Of a stretch of DNA of 64,000 nucleotides, positions 63,898-64,000 are shown in pieces (the stretch's first letter is position 1; every line of letters starts with the position of its first letter). This DNA is from Gekko japonicus (lineage: Eukaryota). Position numbers and translations under genes: made by a program. The stretch spans positions 343,633 to 407,632 of the forward strand of contig NW_015165238.1 in NCBI RefSeq assembly GCF_001447785.1. The letters run 5' to 3'. The notes under the pieces were generated by a model, which worked only from the letters and a program-made list of their open reading frames with translations, searched no databases and was not told the origin of the DNA.

Positions 63898-64000
63898 TAT
63901 GACCTTTAAAAACATAACGTCTGAATTGGTCTGAAAAATCCATGGTTTGATGCTTCTATATTTAGGAATCTCAGTGAGAAAGAGAACTGATTCTTGGAAA

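Overview
Eukaryotic (vertebrate) DNA, most likely a squamate and probably a gecko, judging by Squam3-, Sauria- and 5S-derived SINEs, RTE-BovB, L2 and hAT/Harbinger MITEs. It is a draft assembly with five N-gaps. The window is a class II olfactory receptor (OR) cluster with six intact single-coding-exon OR ORFs and one truncated OR pseudogene. Four ORs (ORFs at 17975, 27187, 36662, 45033; called A-D) lie in a recent ~9-kb tandem array, whose copies supply the empty sites that delimit individual insertions. Most notable: (i) a PIF/Harbinger-like element (23-bp TIR, ATA TSD) carrying an apparently spliced MED28 3' fragment plus a possible intron-containing fragment; (ii) a CpG-rich hAT element (8-bp TSD) carrying what looks like a promoter and first exon of an unidentified gene. 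Both look like Pack-type gene-fragment-carrying DNA transposons. Also: (iii) a Harbinger MITE that rewrote the C-terminus of an intact OR; (iv) an OR copy whose splice acceptor was replaced by TE DNA; (v) a non-autonomous Helitron. TE family names come from recalled consensus features, not database searches.
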